Positions 16,563 through 26,166 of a DNA stretch of 64,000 bases are shown piece after piece. A program made the translations under genes and the position numbers. Each line of letters begins with the position of its first letter. The stretch's first letter is position 1. The stretch lies in the IMG/VR virus record IMGVR_UViG_3300031839_001922. One strand, 5' to 3'. The notes under the pieces are model-generated. The model had not been told where the DNA came from and did no database searches. It was given only the letters and a program-made list of their open reading frames with translations. The stretch comes from an uncultured virus (IMG/VR IMGVR_UViG_3300031839_001922). Lineage: Duplodnaviria; Heunggongvirae; Uroviricota; Caudoviricetes.

Positions 16563-19451
16563 TTAATCGTCGAATGAAGCTCCGCTTCGGGTAATAATAA
16601 AGTCTAGTGCGATAAACTCAATTGCTCGCGCTGGCTTTAAGAAGATCTTGGCGTACATGATATTTCTATCTACCAAGTCCGGTGTTGTGGTGCTATCGTC
16701 TAGCACAACTCTGAAGTCTGTTAGACCAAGACCAGCTTGCACGCCCTCAAGGAATGGAATCACCTGGCCGGTAAATCTATCCCAAGTTTGCTGCACGTTT
16801 TGGTCAAAGAGGAGCCTCGAAGCAATACGCGAGATTTCCTTTTTAACAAAAATCATCAGTCTTCTTACGTTAATTCTGTCCAGAGAAGACCTAGTGACCT
16901 GCAGCGTCTTTTGGCCGAAGATAACGATACCCTCGGATGGGAAAGACGCGATTGGGTTAATATTTGCGTCATATAATCTATCTCTCTCAGCAGAGGTAAG
17001 GCGCTCGCGAACTCCGATGACTGGAAGTCCTGCAGAACCTTCGCTTAAGCCGCCTCTAGTGAAGCCAGCTGGGGCAAACCAAACTGCTGACTTACGCTGG
17101 GCGCTTGACATTGTGCCAAGTGCGACCACGGAAGGTGGCACGTAAAGGATCGAGTTTGCCACATCATCGCGGATCTTCACGAATGGGTAGAACGCGCAAC
17201 CATAGCTTGAGTTGAGGTTTAGGTCCTTAAGGCCTGTGACAGTTTCCTCTACGGAGCCGATATTAGCAGTCTCTTCGCTGTCATTCTCATGAGGAGGCTT
17301 GTAACCACCCTCTAGGTCAAGGATTGCGAGCGCGTCTGCTCTTTCTTCGCATGCTGTAAGAAGTCTACTGTTAAGGCTGTCGTTGGTGATGCCCGGCATT
17401 GTAGCTAGGTCAAATTCAATGTAGTCCTTATCAGCGGCAATGTCAATTGCCTTCTTAAGGCTGTAGTACGAAGAGTTGCCTACTTCTGTACTTGGGGTAA
17501 TGTATGAGTTTCTCAGAGGATCTTTCTCTGTAATGTCAAAGCCGTCGAAGCCGCCAAACATTGGCGAAGTAAACTTCTTGTGTCCAGCGCCTGAGCCTGT
17601 CAGTACGTAGCCTGAGCCGGATTTTGCAGTCCATGAATTTCCGCGGCTACGTGAGCCTGACACCCACACAGAGTGTGTGCTATCTGCTGCGGACTGCTCA
17701 ACATCATCTAAGGTAAATACCCACGAGTATTGTGTTGTTCCTGCTACTGAGCCGGCTGGATCCAAGCCTGATGGCTGACCACGATGCAGATCGGTGTTGG
17801 TAGCATCGTATCTTTGAGTACCGGCGATATTTGACTGATATCCATAGTAAGCTTTTGTTGGCTGATTTCCCTGGCCTTCAGAGCTAGACACGCGGAGCCG
17901 GCTTGATGGCCACTCAATTGAGGCAGTAAGTTGGTGTCCTCTGAAAATTAGGCGCGAGGCTGTGTGGCCCGTTGTTATAACTTCGTCTGGCACAGACCCT
18001 GTGGTTACTGCGTAGTTTAGAGAGGCTGTGGTCGACAGCAACAACTGTGTTTTTGGAACAACCGGACCCTTGACGCCGTAAGGATTTAGGCCTTCGCCGC
18101 CGCCATTTTTGACCTTTTCAGTGACCTCAACGCGTAGAATCTTTGAGCGATTCGGGTTATCGCCATGTTCCCTAATTCTCTTATTCGTCTCATCATACGT
18201 GTAATGCACGTCACCAATTAATCTTGCGATATAATTTGGCGATGTTGGATCTAAATTGCAATTTGAGTATTGCTCAAGGATCGTTGGCGAGCTATCGCGA
18301 TCATAAGCGCTGCGCACTTGAACCGTGAAGCTGCCATACTTGTTGTAGTTGTCAGTGGGCTCTTTAATATCGACAATCGAGATTTTGTAGTCTCTGTTGG
18401 CCTGCTCGCCACTATCAAGTGCATGAAACTTGAATAGATCTTGTGTGTGCGCAGTAGGATCAAACGACGCAGAAACTGAGCCGCGAGTATCCTGTGAAAT
18501 AAAATATCCAGTTTGCGCAGCGCGTGAAGAGATTTGGTGGTTTGCCCACACTACATTGCCACCGCCGTCGCCGAGGCCCACAATAACACCGTAGAGTGGA
18601 GCCGTGTTTGCTACAACTGCAGCACCTAAACCATCTCCAGTCTTGAGCTTGGAGTTTTCTCCACTTCTCAGATTAGATTCGAAAGTCTCGCCTAACCAGT
18701 ATTTTTCAGCGGTTCCGACAATATCATCATTTGTTGATGTCGGGTCAGTGTTGAATACTTTTCGGATAAATGTTTCTGAATCTCTGTTGAAATCAAAAGT
18801 AGCTGTTTTGTTAATCGTTCCGTCTCCGTTCAAGACGTTTGCGGTGAATTTTTGCCCTGTCGCGCTCTCTACCAAAATGCCGGCTCCTGAAAGCTTAACT
18901 AAATTTGCGCCAGAGCCAGTTGCGGTGGAGCCCGTTAGTGTCATCGCACCTTCCTGCAGATACCAAATAGCAGCTAACGTACCTGTCACCGATGTTGCAG
19001 AGGCAGTGGTAGCAGAAGCGGAAGGAAATACTAAAAGACCGTAGGCTCCGCCGGCTGACGATAGTGTGGTGCCAAGATCTTCATCCGTAATCCAACCGGC
19101 TTTAGCAGCGTCGGTGTTTGCAGCGTTGCTAGCTTGTTCACCAAGGACGCGGTATACGGTGCACGGTGAATTATTACGAAGCCAAGCCTTTACAGCATAT
19201 GCGGCGTATGTAGGAGCAGTCATTTCGCCAGAGCGCCAAATGTCACCGGAAGCATTTCCTGGCGCAGGCTCGCCAAATAGATTAGCGAATTCCTTAAAAG
19301 ATTCTACCTTGACAGGTCTCAGGCCCGGGCCTTTTTGGAACCTACCAATAACTAGAGGCCCCATTCTCTCTGGCAAACTGGGAATTCCAGACTCATCAAT
19401 TTCATCAATGAAAACCCCAGGTGATACAAACTTAAACTTATCGACTGACAT
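16563..19451 (-). CDS. contractile tail sheath protein (T4 gp18-like)
   Basis: N-terminal SPGVFIDEID; C-terminal WFAPAGFTRG, INPI, GQKTLQ, LDRINVRRL, LKPARAIEFI. Confidence 0.95.
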   Translation of the reverse strand: MSVDKFKFVSPGVFIDEIDESGIPSLPERMGPLVIGRFQKGPGLRPVKVESFKEFANLFGEPAPGNASGDIWRSGEMTAPTYAAYAVKAWLRNNSPCTVYRVLGEQASNAANTDAAKAGWITDEDLGTTLSSAGGAYGLLVFPSASATTASATSVTGTLAAIWYLQEGAMTLTGSTATGSGANLVKLSGAGILVESATGQKFTANVLNGDGTINKTATFDFNRDSETFIRKVFNTDPTSTNDDIVGTAEKYWLGETFESNLRSGENSKLKTGDGLGAAVVANTAPLYGVIVGLGDGGGNVVWANHQISSRAAQTGYFISQDTRGSVSASFDPTAHTQDLFKFHALDSGEQANRDYKISIVDIKEPTDNYNKYGSFTVQVRSAYDRDSSPTILEQYSNCNLDPTSPNYIARLIGDVHYTYDETNKRIREHGDNPNRSKILRVEVTEKVKNGGGEGLNPYGVKGPVVPKTQLLLSTTASLNYAVTTGSVPDEVITTGHTASRLIFRGHQLTASIEWPSSRLRVSSSEGQGNQPTKAYYGYQSNIAGTQRYDATNTDLHRGQPSGLDPAGSVAGTTQYSWVFTLDDVEQSAADSTHSVWVSGSRSRGNSWTAKSGSGYVLTGSGAGHKKFTSPMFGGFDGFDITEKDPLRNSYITPSTEVGNSSYYSLKKAIDIAADKDYIEFDLATMPGITNDSLNSRLLTACEERADALAILDLEGGYKPPHENDSEETANIGSVEETVTGLKDLNLNSSYGCAFYPFVKIRDDVANSILYVPPSVVALGTMSSAQRKSAVWFAPAGFTRGGLSEGSAGLPVIGVRERLTSAERDRLYDANINPIASFPSEGIVIFGQKTLQVTRSSLDRINVRRLMIFVKKEISRIASRLLFDQNVQQTWDRFTGQVIPFLEGVQAGLGLTDFRVVLDDSTTTPDLVDRNIMYAKIFLKPARAIEFIALDFIITRSGASFDD

Positions 19452-19506
19452 GCTTCTACGCTCCTTAAATATAAGCTAGCTCAAAAATTATGAACTTTTT
19501 CTCTAA

Positions 19507-19514
19507 TAAATAGT
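19507..19514 (-). promoter_or_regulatory. late promoter motif ACTATTTA (sheath)
   Basis: Repeated intergenic motif. Confidence 0.6.
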
Positions 19515-19535
19515 GTTCGTTAACTACAAACTCCT

Positions 19536-20375
19536 TTAAAATCTAAATTCTCCGTCCTCATCTTGTACAACAATTCTCTCTCTTGCAAAACGTATCTCCA
19601 CTGCGTTCTCTCTCCTGACAACTCTCGGTCTTTTTTCGTTCTTTTCGTCGCCGATCAAATAGCCAAAAACATCCATTGATATAGTAGTCTCATACGTTCT
19701 TTCATTAGTTTGATAATCAACTACAGTATTAGTGGGATTGTAGTCTTCGCCAATGAAGGCTTCATACTGATTGGAGTTGTGCTCTATGATAACTCTTCTG
19801 TGAGCGTTCGAAACTCTAACAAACGGGGTCAGGACGTCATTCATCTGCTCTTGGTACTCTGTCTTAATCACAAAGTTGTAACTAACCGTCACATAAATTG
19901 GAATCGGTATGGTTATTGTTTCGTATACAATTTTACCGTTTTTATCTTTTTTGTATAAAGGGAAGTTTTTGTCGCCGGCGCGGCGGTGGGCGTCAGCATT
20001 AGCAAAATTTCTAGTTTTGTCCTGTTTTATTACCTTATTAACTGTTAAAAATCCACCCTTGACATCGTTTACGGGGTCTAGCTTTGAAAAAGGTATGACA
20101 CGGCTACTTTCATCTTTTTTTACGCCTGTTCTTTCGACCGACACGACGGGTAAAACTACCATGCCTGTTAAATCTCTTGGAATATTGTCATTCTTAATGT
20201 TGTGCGCTCTTTCGGCGGCTGACCAAATAACTGGAACTTTTTTGAAGCCTTTGTTGGTTTTGGCTTGGATATCCATTGTGTCATTTAAAAAGTTATATAC
20301 AGCAAAATCTATGTCTTCTAGGCTAGATTTAAACCGAGGGACATCGCGTGATGTTTCTTCCTCATTTTTAGACAT
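19536..20375 (-). CDS. tail terminator / sheath stabiliser (T4 gp15-like)
   Basis: Position neck-neck-this gene-sheath; KVPVIW...ER, LPVVSVER, PIYVTVSY...QMNDV. Confidence 0.65.
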   Translation of the reverse strand: MSKNEEETSRDVPRFKSSLEDIDFAVYNFLNDTMDIQAKTNKGFKKVPVIWSAAERAHNIKNDNIPRDLTGMVVLPVVSVERTGVKKDESSRVIPFSKLDPVNDVKGGFLTVNKVIKQDKTRNFANADAHRRAGDKNFPLYKKDKNGKIVYETITIPIPIYVTVSYNFVIKTEYQEQMNDVLTPFVRVSNAHRRVIIEHNSNQYEAFIGEDYNPTNTVVDYQTNERTYETTISMDVFGYLIGDEKNEKRPRVVRRENAVEIRFARERIVVQDEDGEFRF

Positions 20376-20859
20376 CGAATAGCCCCTCCCTGCTTCTTAT
20401 GCACTCTGCAGTTATTTCCATTCTGCGATCTTGCTGGCCAAAGAGTTCCCTAGGCTCTTTAAGGCTAACAATCTCGTAAAATCCCCCACCATATGCTACA
20501 AAATCACCCTCACGAACGAAAAGATCTTGGTCTTCCGTTAGTCTTCTTTTGTGAAAGTGTATTGTTAATTTTGTTTGTTTATCAACACCATATTTATCTG
20601 TTCTAGTTTCCTCGCCGGCGAAGTCGATCAGAGCATAGACTCTGACGGGAGGCAAAAACGACTTGACAATCGCTTCATTATATAAAGGGTGGAAATTAGT
20701 ATGCTCTAGATCCACTGGATAATACGCAACGACCTGTCCAATCACTCTTTCGATTAGCTCGTCATTAACCTGTTTTACAAGATCGCGCTCTTTCTCGCCC
20801 AAGAACAAGGGGGGCGGCGGGCTATCTGGTTGTTTCCATTTATCTTTCTCGCTCGCCAT
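20368..20859 (-). CDS. neck / head-closure protein (T4 gp14-like)
   Basis: HPLYNEA...PPVRV...REGDFVAY...YEI; position after the gp13-like gene. Confidence 0.7.
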   Translation of the reverse strand: MASEKDKWKQPDSPPPPLFLGEKERDLVKQVNDELIERVIGQVVAYYPVDLEHTNFHPLYNEAIVKSFLPPVRVYALIDFAGEETRTDKYGVDKQTKLTIHFHKRRLTEDQDLFVREGDFVAYGGGFYEIVSLKEPRELFGQQDRRMEITAECIRSREGLFDV

Positions 20860-20864
20860 TTATT

Positions 20865-22163
20865 TTATCCTTGATATATGAAGTATGGGTATGTTTGTGC
20901 GGTCTCTAGAGCGTTCTTACTAATATTTTTCTGAAGTTCTGAAATCTTTTCGTACGTCATTTCATCAAGCACCTTTTGTAGCTCTTCGCGCAATGTCTTT
21001 TGCTCTTCCCTGGCTTCTGATATTAGTTTGTCTCCATTTAGGCTGACGTTATTGCCGGGGATAGGTATTTGACCAAATTTAGACCTTACCTGCCCCAAGG
21101 TCTCTTTGGCTAACGACAGTGCGAATCTGCGAATCCACTGCTTGCCAATTGAATTTATGTTTTTGTACGGAATGTTGGCCAATGGTAAAGTGTTCATGTT
21201 ATTAACACCCTCAACTCCAGATTTCCTATCCTCTTGGTCCTCCCAAATTTCCTCAAAAGTTGTGAACTCTACCCACATGCTCTTTGGAGACATGCTAGTA
21301 GGTATTGGGTATACTCTCAATTTATTATTCTTAATTTCGTAAGAGTAGTGTGAATTTCTAGTATATATCGCGTCTTCATATGCCATAGCCTGGAGCTTGT
21401 TGTGCCACGGTGGTATCACTTCAAAAGTAGAGTCGTCTGCGTACATTCCATAAGTTGATAAGTTGCCAACTGCGTTCATGCCGCCATAATAACCATAGAA
21501 TCTCCACATTGCATGTGGAGTTTTATAATATACTCTACGAATATTAACTCTGTTTTTGTCAACAGAGCCGGAGAATTCTGCTCCCTCATCAGACCCGTCG
21601 ATCGAGGCGGAATAAATAATAGCTTGTAAATCATAATCTTGCTGATCTTCGACCAGCGTAAAAGAAGCAGAATAGATAGGCTGTGTGCCTCCGATTCCAA
21701 CTTCGGTACTAACCTGATCCATAACTTGTCTAGAGTACCCAAGTTTAAATTTTGGATATTTTGTTTCGACGTTACTGCCGCTTAGTGCATCTGTTCTTTG
21801 CCCGTCGTGATCAAAAGTGCCAGTTGTTGCGCCAAGCGAGCTATGAAGAATATTTTTTGATTGGTGTACATTAACAATGTAAGAATATTCTAAAGTCGCT
21901 TCTTCGTAAGAGGCATAAATGTTGCCTACTTTGAGTTCGATATCAAGTATGTCGCCGCCTAACTTTTTGAAAGCATATGATACTTGATCGGCAGCGCCCG
22001 TAATAAAATTTGAATCAAACAGTTCCGAGCTTGTGTTTACGTAGAGGCCTAGTGGATAATGTGCTGTGCTGCCAGCGCCGTCGACACCAGTGCCTAAAGT
22101 GCCGGTCGAGGGCAGTATTACCGCTGAAGTTTGTGAGCTTGGTGTTAAGGTTGGTGTTGCCAT
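20865..22163 (-). CDS. neck / adaptor protein (T4 gp13-like)
   Basis: KKLGGDILDIEL...WIRRFALSLAKETLGQVRSKFGQIPIPG...LNG. Confidence 0.8.
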   Translation of the reverse strand: MATPTLTPSSQTSAVILPSTGTLGTGVDGAGSTAHYPLGLYVNTSSELFDSNFITGAADQVSYAFKKLGGDILDIELKVGNIYASYEEATLEYSYIVNVHQSKNILHSSLGATTGTFDHDGQRTDALSGSNVETKYPKFKLGYSRQVMDQVSTEVGIGGTQPIYSASFTLVEDQQDYDLQAIIYSASIDGSDEGAEFSGSVDKNRVNIRRVYYKTPHAMWRFYGYYGGMNAVGNLSTYGMYADDSTFEVIPPWHNKLQAMAYEDAIYTRNSHYSYEIKNNKLRVYPIPTSMSPKSMWVEFTTFEEIWEDQEDRKSGVEGVNNMNTLPLANIPYKNINSIGKQWIRRFALSLAKETLGQVRSKFGQIPIPGNNVSLNGDKLISEAREEQKTLREELQKVLDEMTYEKISELQKNISKNALETAQTYPYFIYQG

Positions 22164-22184
22164 TCATGAGGCCTCCTATCATTA

Positions 22185-22192
22185 TAATTAGT
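22185..22192 (-). promoter_or_regulatory. late promoter motif ACTAATTA (neck operon)
   Basis: Repeated intergenic motif. Confidence 0.6.
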
Positions 22193-22205
22193 AAGGAGAG
22201 TGCCT

Positions 22206-22565
22206 TTAATCCTTGGCCTTTACCTTAGTTGTTTTAGAGCTGGCTCTTTTTGTTTTTGTTTTGCTTGAAGATTGCACTTTTGTCTTCTCTGGCGTGGGGT
22301 TAGTGACCATTTCGTGAAAAGTTTCGCGCGACGTGCTAGTTGGCTTTTTCACTGTCTTTTTTGTAGTCTTCTTTTGTTTTATAGTTTTTGCCTTCGTCTC
22401 CGCCTCTAGTTTAACCGGCTCCACAGTTTCAGTTGGCAGCACAATTTCTTCAGGCGCCTCTACAGTCTTTTCGACACGTCCCTTAAGCTTCTCCATGTTT
22501 GCTCTAATCGATGCATATTTTTTAGCATATTTTGCCATTGTCAGTCTTTTTGTACGCTTACCCAT
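22206..22565 (-). CDS. small Lys/Thr-rich basic protein
   Basis: AGGAGG SD, own late motif, low-complexity basic tail. Confidence 0.75.
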   Translation of the reverse strand: MGKRTKRLTMAKYAKKYASIRANMEKLKGRVEKTVEAPEEIVLPTETVEPVKLEAETKAKTIKQKKTTKKTVKKPTSTSRETFHEMVTNPTPEKTKVQSSSKTKTKRASSKTTKVKAKD

Positions 22566-22589
22566 AAGGGCCTCCTATTTTTACTTATA

Positions 22590-22597
22590 TAAGTAGT
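22590..22597 (-). promoter_or_regulatory. late promoter motif ACTACTTA
   Basis: Repeated intergenic motif right after a terminator. Confidence 0.6.
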
Positions 22598-22602
22598 CTA
22601 GC

Positions 22603-22632
22603 AAATAAAAAGCCCTCTGTTAACAGAGGGCT
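22603..22632 (-). terminator. intrinsic terminator
   Basis: Palindromic AGCCCTCTGTTAACAGAGGGCT followed by TTTTATTT on the minus strand. Confidence 0.8.
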
Positions 22633-22665
22633 TGATATTGATAAGGCTTAAAGTTGAATTACTTA

Positions 22666-23124
22666 TTAGGTACCTTCGACTACGGCAGCGGACCCAGAAG
22701 CAAGGACCTGGCCATAAAAATTAGTACCGTCGCAGACTAGCTCTAGAGCGTCGCCCTTCTTACATGCGGAAAGGTCAAACCGAAGACCACCAGCAGCTGC
22801 ATAGTGCTGAACGTTTCCATCACCAGTCGCGTTTTCGCCAACCTGGACAGCCGCAATATTCTGCGAGTCTGCGTCACCAGCAGATGATGTAATTGTAACG
22901 TCACCACCAGTGATTTCTCTAACTATGAACTTAGCCCACCAGCCAGAGCCTGCGTCGGCAGCGCTTGGTAGCGTCATAGTAAAACTAGCCGAGTGGTTTC
23001 CAGCAGTAGCTGTTCCCGAGCTAATAGTAAAAATTGTGCCGCAATCTGCAACATCAATTGTTTTTGCCGCCGTTACATTTTCAACCTTTTTTCTATCGGC
23101 GCTGTATCTTCCTAACTTACTCAT
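22666..23124 (-). CDS. putative capsid decoration protein (152 aa)
   Basis: Immediately downstream of the major capsid gene with its own late motif, strong SD and terminator; beta-rich TLPSAA...GWWAKF pattern. Confidence 0.55.
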   Translation of the reverse strand: MSKLGRYSADRKKVENVTAAKTIDVADCGTIFTISSGTATAGNHSASFTMTLPSAADAGSGWWAKFIVREITGGDVTITSSAGDADSQNIAAVQVGENATGDGNVQHYAAAGGLRFDLSACKKGDALELVCDGTNFYGQVLASGSAAVVEGT

Positions 23125-23170
23125 GTTCGTTTTCTCCTTTTTAAAAGGCTAGTAGCCTTATCAATCATAA

Positions 23171-23178
23171 TAAATAGT
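23171..23178 (-). promoter_or_regulatory. late promoter motif ACTATTTA
   Basis: Repeated intergenic motif just after the capsid-gene terminator. Confidence 0.65.
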
Positions 23179-23198
23179 AAACTCTTCTTTTAAATTCC

Positions 23199-23238
23199 AA
23201 AATAAAAACCCCGCCAAGAGAAAACTCAAGGCGGGGCT
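23199..23238 (-). terminator. intrinsic terminator after the major capsid gene
   Basis: AGCCCCGCC...GGCGGGGTT stem followed by TTTATTTT. Confidence 0.8.
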
Positions 23239-23272
23239 TATTTTAGTCACCTAGATGGTCGCCTAGGACTTC

Positions 23273-24976
23273 TTAGCTAGCACCTGCTTCGCCAAGGAGA
23301 CCGCGAACAACGACTAATCCGTACATATCAGGACGGACCATCTTCTTAGCGTAACGGGTCATGACGCCCTTACGTGGCACGAAGTCTTCCGTACCGAAGA
23401 TGGTAGGAGTAACCTGTAGTGGCACATATGGAGCGTAAACGTATCCGCTTTCTAGGAAGCTTCCACCCTTACGGCCGACGAGAACGAGGTTTCTTGGGAA
23501 GTAAGGATCGACGTGGACGTCGAACTTACGTGAAAGAGAACCAACATTCACAGCACCAACGGAGCCGCTGTCGGAGTCATGGGTAACGTTAGCGCGGAAT
23601 CCAGCAGTGAACTCCATGATGTTAGCAACTTCTGGTGATGTTACCAGGAAGTTAGCTCCACCGCGGAGAGTCTTTCTGTGGATCTGAGCCGACATGTCGT
23701 TAATGGTCTCAACAAGAGTCTCGTACCACTCGCTAACTGTACCAGTGAAGTCTGGGGCAGCAGCAGTGGCGCCAAGCTCAAGACCGGTCTCTCTGTCAAC
23801 AAAGAGGCCAGGTGAACGCGACCAGTAATAAGTACCAGCGGTTGCATCTTGGATAAGATCATTGAGAATCTCACGATCGATTTCAAGGGCGACCTGCTCA
23901 GAAAGAATCTGAGTAAGCTCAACTTCAGCATCAAGATTGTGATATGCGTTGAGATCTTGACCAAGCTCTGGGGACCACTTGGCCTTGAGCTTCTTGGTCA
24001 TCGCGGTAACAGCGATGCTGTCAACCTTGATGTCGATCTCGGCAATCTCATTCTTGTTGGTCGTTGAACCAGCGTTGCCAGTGCCTGGAGTTGGCTCTTC
24101 AAGAGGCCAGTTGTCAGCACCAACAACGGATCCGATAGCGACGCCGGCGTTGAAGTTGTCCTCAACAGCATAGCTAACGCCAAATCCGCCGGCTTCGGTG
24201 TTGTCGGAGCCATCGGGCGCAAGAACTGTAATTGTAACTGTATCGCCATCAACACTAGTGAGTCGACGAACAATTTCGTCATCACCAACAGAAGAAGTAA
24301 AGTTTAGAGTTCCAAGAGCCTCGCGGTTGAGGTCCGTAGGAGCGGTAAACGTAAACTGCGCGACTGTAGCAGTGGCCTTGTCAGTTCTGTTAAGAAGATC
24401 CGGATCGAATCGAACCAACTTCTTTTGAGCTTCAGAAAGGCTGCTGATCACAGTCTGCGGAAGGGCAGCAACCGCTGCTAGCGTAACAGTGCTAGAAGCA
24501 GTGGCATGCGAGTATCCATTCGCAAGGTTGTAGAAACCACCACCAGTTTCCTTGATGTCACTGACACCGCCGGTGATCTGCGATGCAACAACTCCACCAC
24601 CATACACGGATCCGCCAGCAACGGAGCCAGCGCGAGCGAGGTTAGTAGTAAAATCGAGGAAGAAGATGAGTCCAGAAGGAAGGCTCATTGGCTGAACCGA
24701 CACAAGGTCGTTTGCCAGGAGTCCACCAAAGACTCGGCGAACGATTGGGAACGCTACGGAAGCGAAACCTTCAACGTCGCCTGCGGCCATCGACGAGGCC
24801 TCTTTAAGAAGCTGCGCGGCCTGGTTTTCGAGAAGACGGGCCATTCCGTTCTTCTGCTGATCGCTATCAAGTCCTTCAAGAAGTCCAGTAGCTTCCCACT
24901 TATCCATTAGGGCAGCACCTTCTCTCTGGAGGGATCTATCAACGATACCTTCAGTTAATTTTTCTAAAACAGACAT
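23273..24976 (-). CDS. major capsid protein (T4 gp23-like)
   Basis: LLENQ, PIVRRVF, VQPMSLPSGLIF, KLKAKWSPELGQDLNAYH..DAEVEL, EIDREI, YAPYVPL, PRKGVMTRY. Confidence 0.97.
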   Translation of the reverse strand: MSVLEKLTEGIVDRSLQREGAALMDKWEATGLLEGLDSDQQKNGMARLLENQAAQLLKEASSMAAGDVEGFASVAFPIVRRVFGGLLANDLVSVQPMSLPSGLIFFLDFTTNLARAGSVAGGSVYGGGVVASQITGGVSDIKETGGGFYNLANGYSHATASSTVTLAAVAALPQTVISSLSEAQKKLVRFDPDLLNRTDKATATVAQFTFTAPTDLNREALGTLNFTSSVGDDEIVRRLTSVDGDTVTITVLAPDGSDNTEAGGFGVSYAVEDNFNAGVAIGSVVGADNWPLEEPTPGTGNAGSTTNKNEIAEIDIKVDSIAVTAMTKKLKAKWSPELGQDLNAYHNLDAEVELTQILSEQVALEIDREILNDLIQDATAGTYYWSRSPGLFVDRETGLELGATAAAPDFTGTVSEWYETLVETINDMSAQIHRKTLRGGANFLVTSPEVANIMEFTAGFRANVTHDSDSGSVGAVNVGSLSRKFDVHVDPYFPRNLVLVGRKGGSFLESGYVYAPYVPLQVTPTIFGTEDFVPRKGVMTRYAKKMVRPDMYGLVVVRGLLGEAGAS

Positions 24977-24998
24977 TATTTTAATCTCCTATAATTTA

Positions 24999-26096
24999 TT
25001 AATCTTTGTCTATTCCGGCTAGGAATTTCCAACGGTTTAACGTTGGGTTTGAAGTTTCTCTGCTTTGTTGTTGTTTTCTAGCAGATAAAATTACCGAAGA
25101 CGACTTTTGTACTGCCTCACTCAGTGAATTTGGCTGCGTTTTACTTGAGGTGCTGCCCACTGTGTTTTGAAGTGTCTCAAAAATTACTTTTGCCTCTTCG
25201 ATGGTTTCGGCGTTTGAAATAGCTTCGGCAAGCTTCTGCTTTTGCCGCTCATTTAAGGAGTCGCTGTCCAATGCCTTATTTTGATAAAGCAACTTTGCAT
25301 TTGTTATATTTGCTTTGTCAAGTTTTTCTTCTAAAACTGCAACTGCTTTTTGAAGTTTTAGAGCAATGTTTCTTGTTTTTTCTAGTGTTTCGTGAAGCGC
25401 TTGAGCTTCCTGTTCTTTTGATTCGTTTATATCTGTTAGTTTTTTGACAGCTGCGCGTAGGGCTGCTTTCTCTTCTCTAACTTTAGAATCTTGTTCCAGC
25501 GCCAGAAGCTCTTCTTCGGCTAATTCAATTTCACCTTCGCTTATACCTGCCCAGCCACGCTTCTTTGGCTGGATATCAACCTCCAGGCCTTCTAGCTGTA
25601 GTTCATCTAGATCTTCGTCGAGATCTTCGTCGAGATCCTCAAATAAGTCTAGATCTTCGTCCAGGTCCTCATCGAGATCTTCATATAAGTCTAGGTCTTC
25701 GTCTAGATCTTCAGCAATATCTTCGGGTCCGAGATCTTTTTCGTCCAGGGACTCCTCATTTAAAAGGTCGACTTCTTCTAGCAGTCTGTCTAGTGGAATT
25801 TCAATTTGGTCGTCGTCACTAGCAGTGGCCGCAAATGGAATATGTTCCATAACAGAAGAGACAGTATCTTGTGCTTCACCTGGGGCCATGTCCATGGTGT
25901 CTGCCTCTGCTGCCTCTGGTGTTAGCCCTAGTTCAGAGTCTAAATTCAGGTCACCCTCTTCTTGCTCTAGAAGAGTCTCGATCGACTCTTTGATCTGGCT
26001 AGAGTATTTTTCTAAAATTAAAGTTTCTGCGTTTTTAGTCGCTGCCTCGCGAAGGGCTTCAGCATCGATGATCGCTTGTTCTAACATATCTGACAT
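24999..26096 (-). CDS. prohead core / scaffolding protein (T4 gp22-like)
   Basis: Directly upstream of the capsid gene; acidic coiled coil; C-terminal RWKFLAGI. Confidence 0.8.
   Translation of the reverse strand: MSDMLEQAIIDAEALREAATKNAETLILEKYSSQIKESIETLLEQEEGDLNLDSELGLTPEAAEADTMDMAPGEAQDTVSSVMEHIPFAATASDDDQIEIPLDRLLEEVDLLNEESLDEKDLGPEDIAEDLDEDLDLYEDLDEDLDEDLDLFEDLDEDLDEDLDELQLEGLEVDIQPKKRGWAGISEGEIELAEEELLALEQDSKVREEKAALRAAVKKLTDINESKEQEAQALHETLEKTRNIALKLQKAVAVLEEKLDKANITNAKLLYQNKALDSDSLNERQKQKLAEAISNAETIEEAKVIFETLQNTVGSTSSKTQPNSLSEAVQKSSSVILSARKQQQSRETSNPTLNRWKFLAGIDKD
25600..25715. repeat. degenerate 12-bp coding tandem repeat (DEDL)n in the scaffold gene
   Basis: Units such as AGATCTTCGTCG encode EDLDEDLDLYEDLDEDLDEDLDLFEDLDEDLDEDLDE. 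Confidence 0.8.
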
Positions 26097-26128
26097 TTAT
26101 ATTGCTCCTAGAAGGCTATTTGTCATAA

Positions 26129-26136
26129 TAACTAGT
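26129..26136 (-). promoter_or_regulatory. late promoter motif ACTAGTTA (scaffold-capsid operon)
   Basis: Repeated intergenic motif. Confidence 0.6.
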
Positions 26137-26166
26137 CACAAACTAATGAAAAATCCTGTTTTATGA

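Noticed and set aside
16563..19451. Bacterial tailocin/eCIS locus rather than phage
   Set aside because: Capsid, portal, terminase, protease and replication genes are present in the same co-oriented block.
25444..26166. 240-aa Ser/Arg-rich plus-strand ORF
   Set aside because: Reverse complement of the acidic scaffold repeat.
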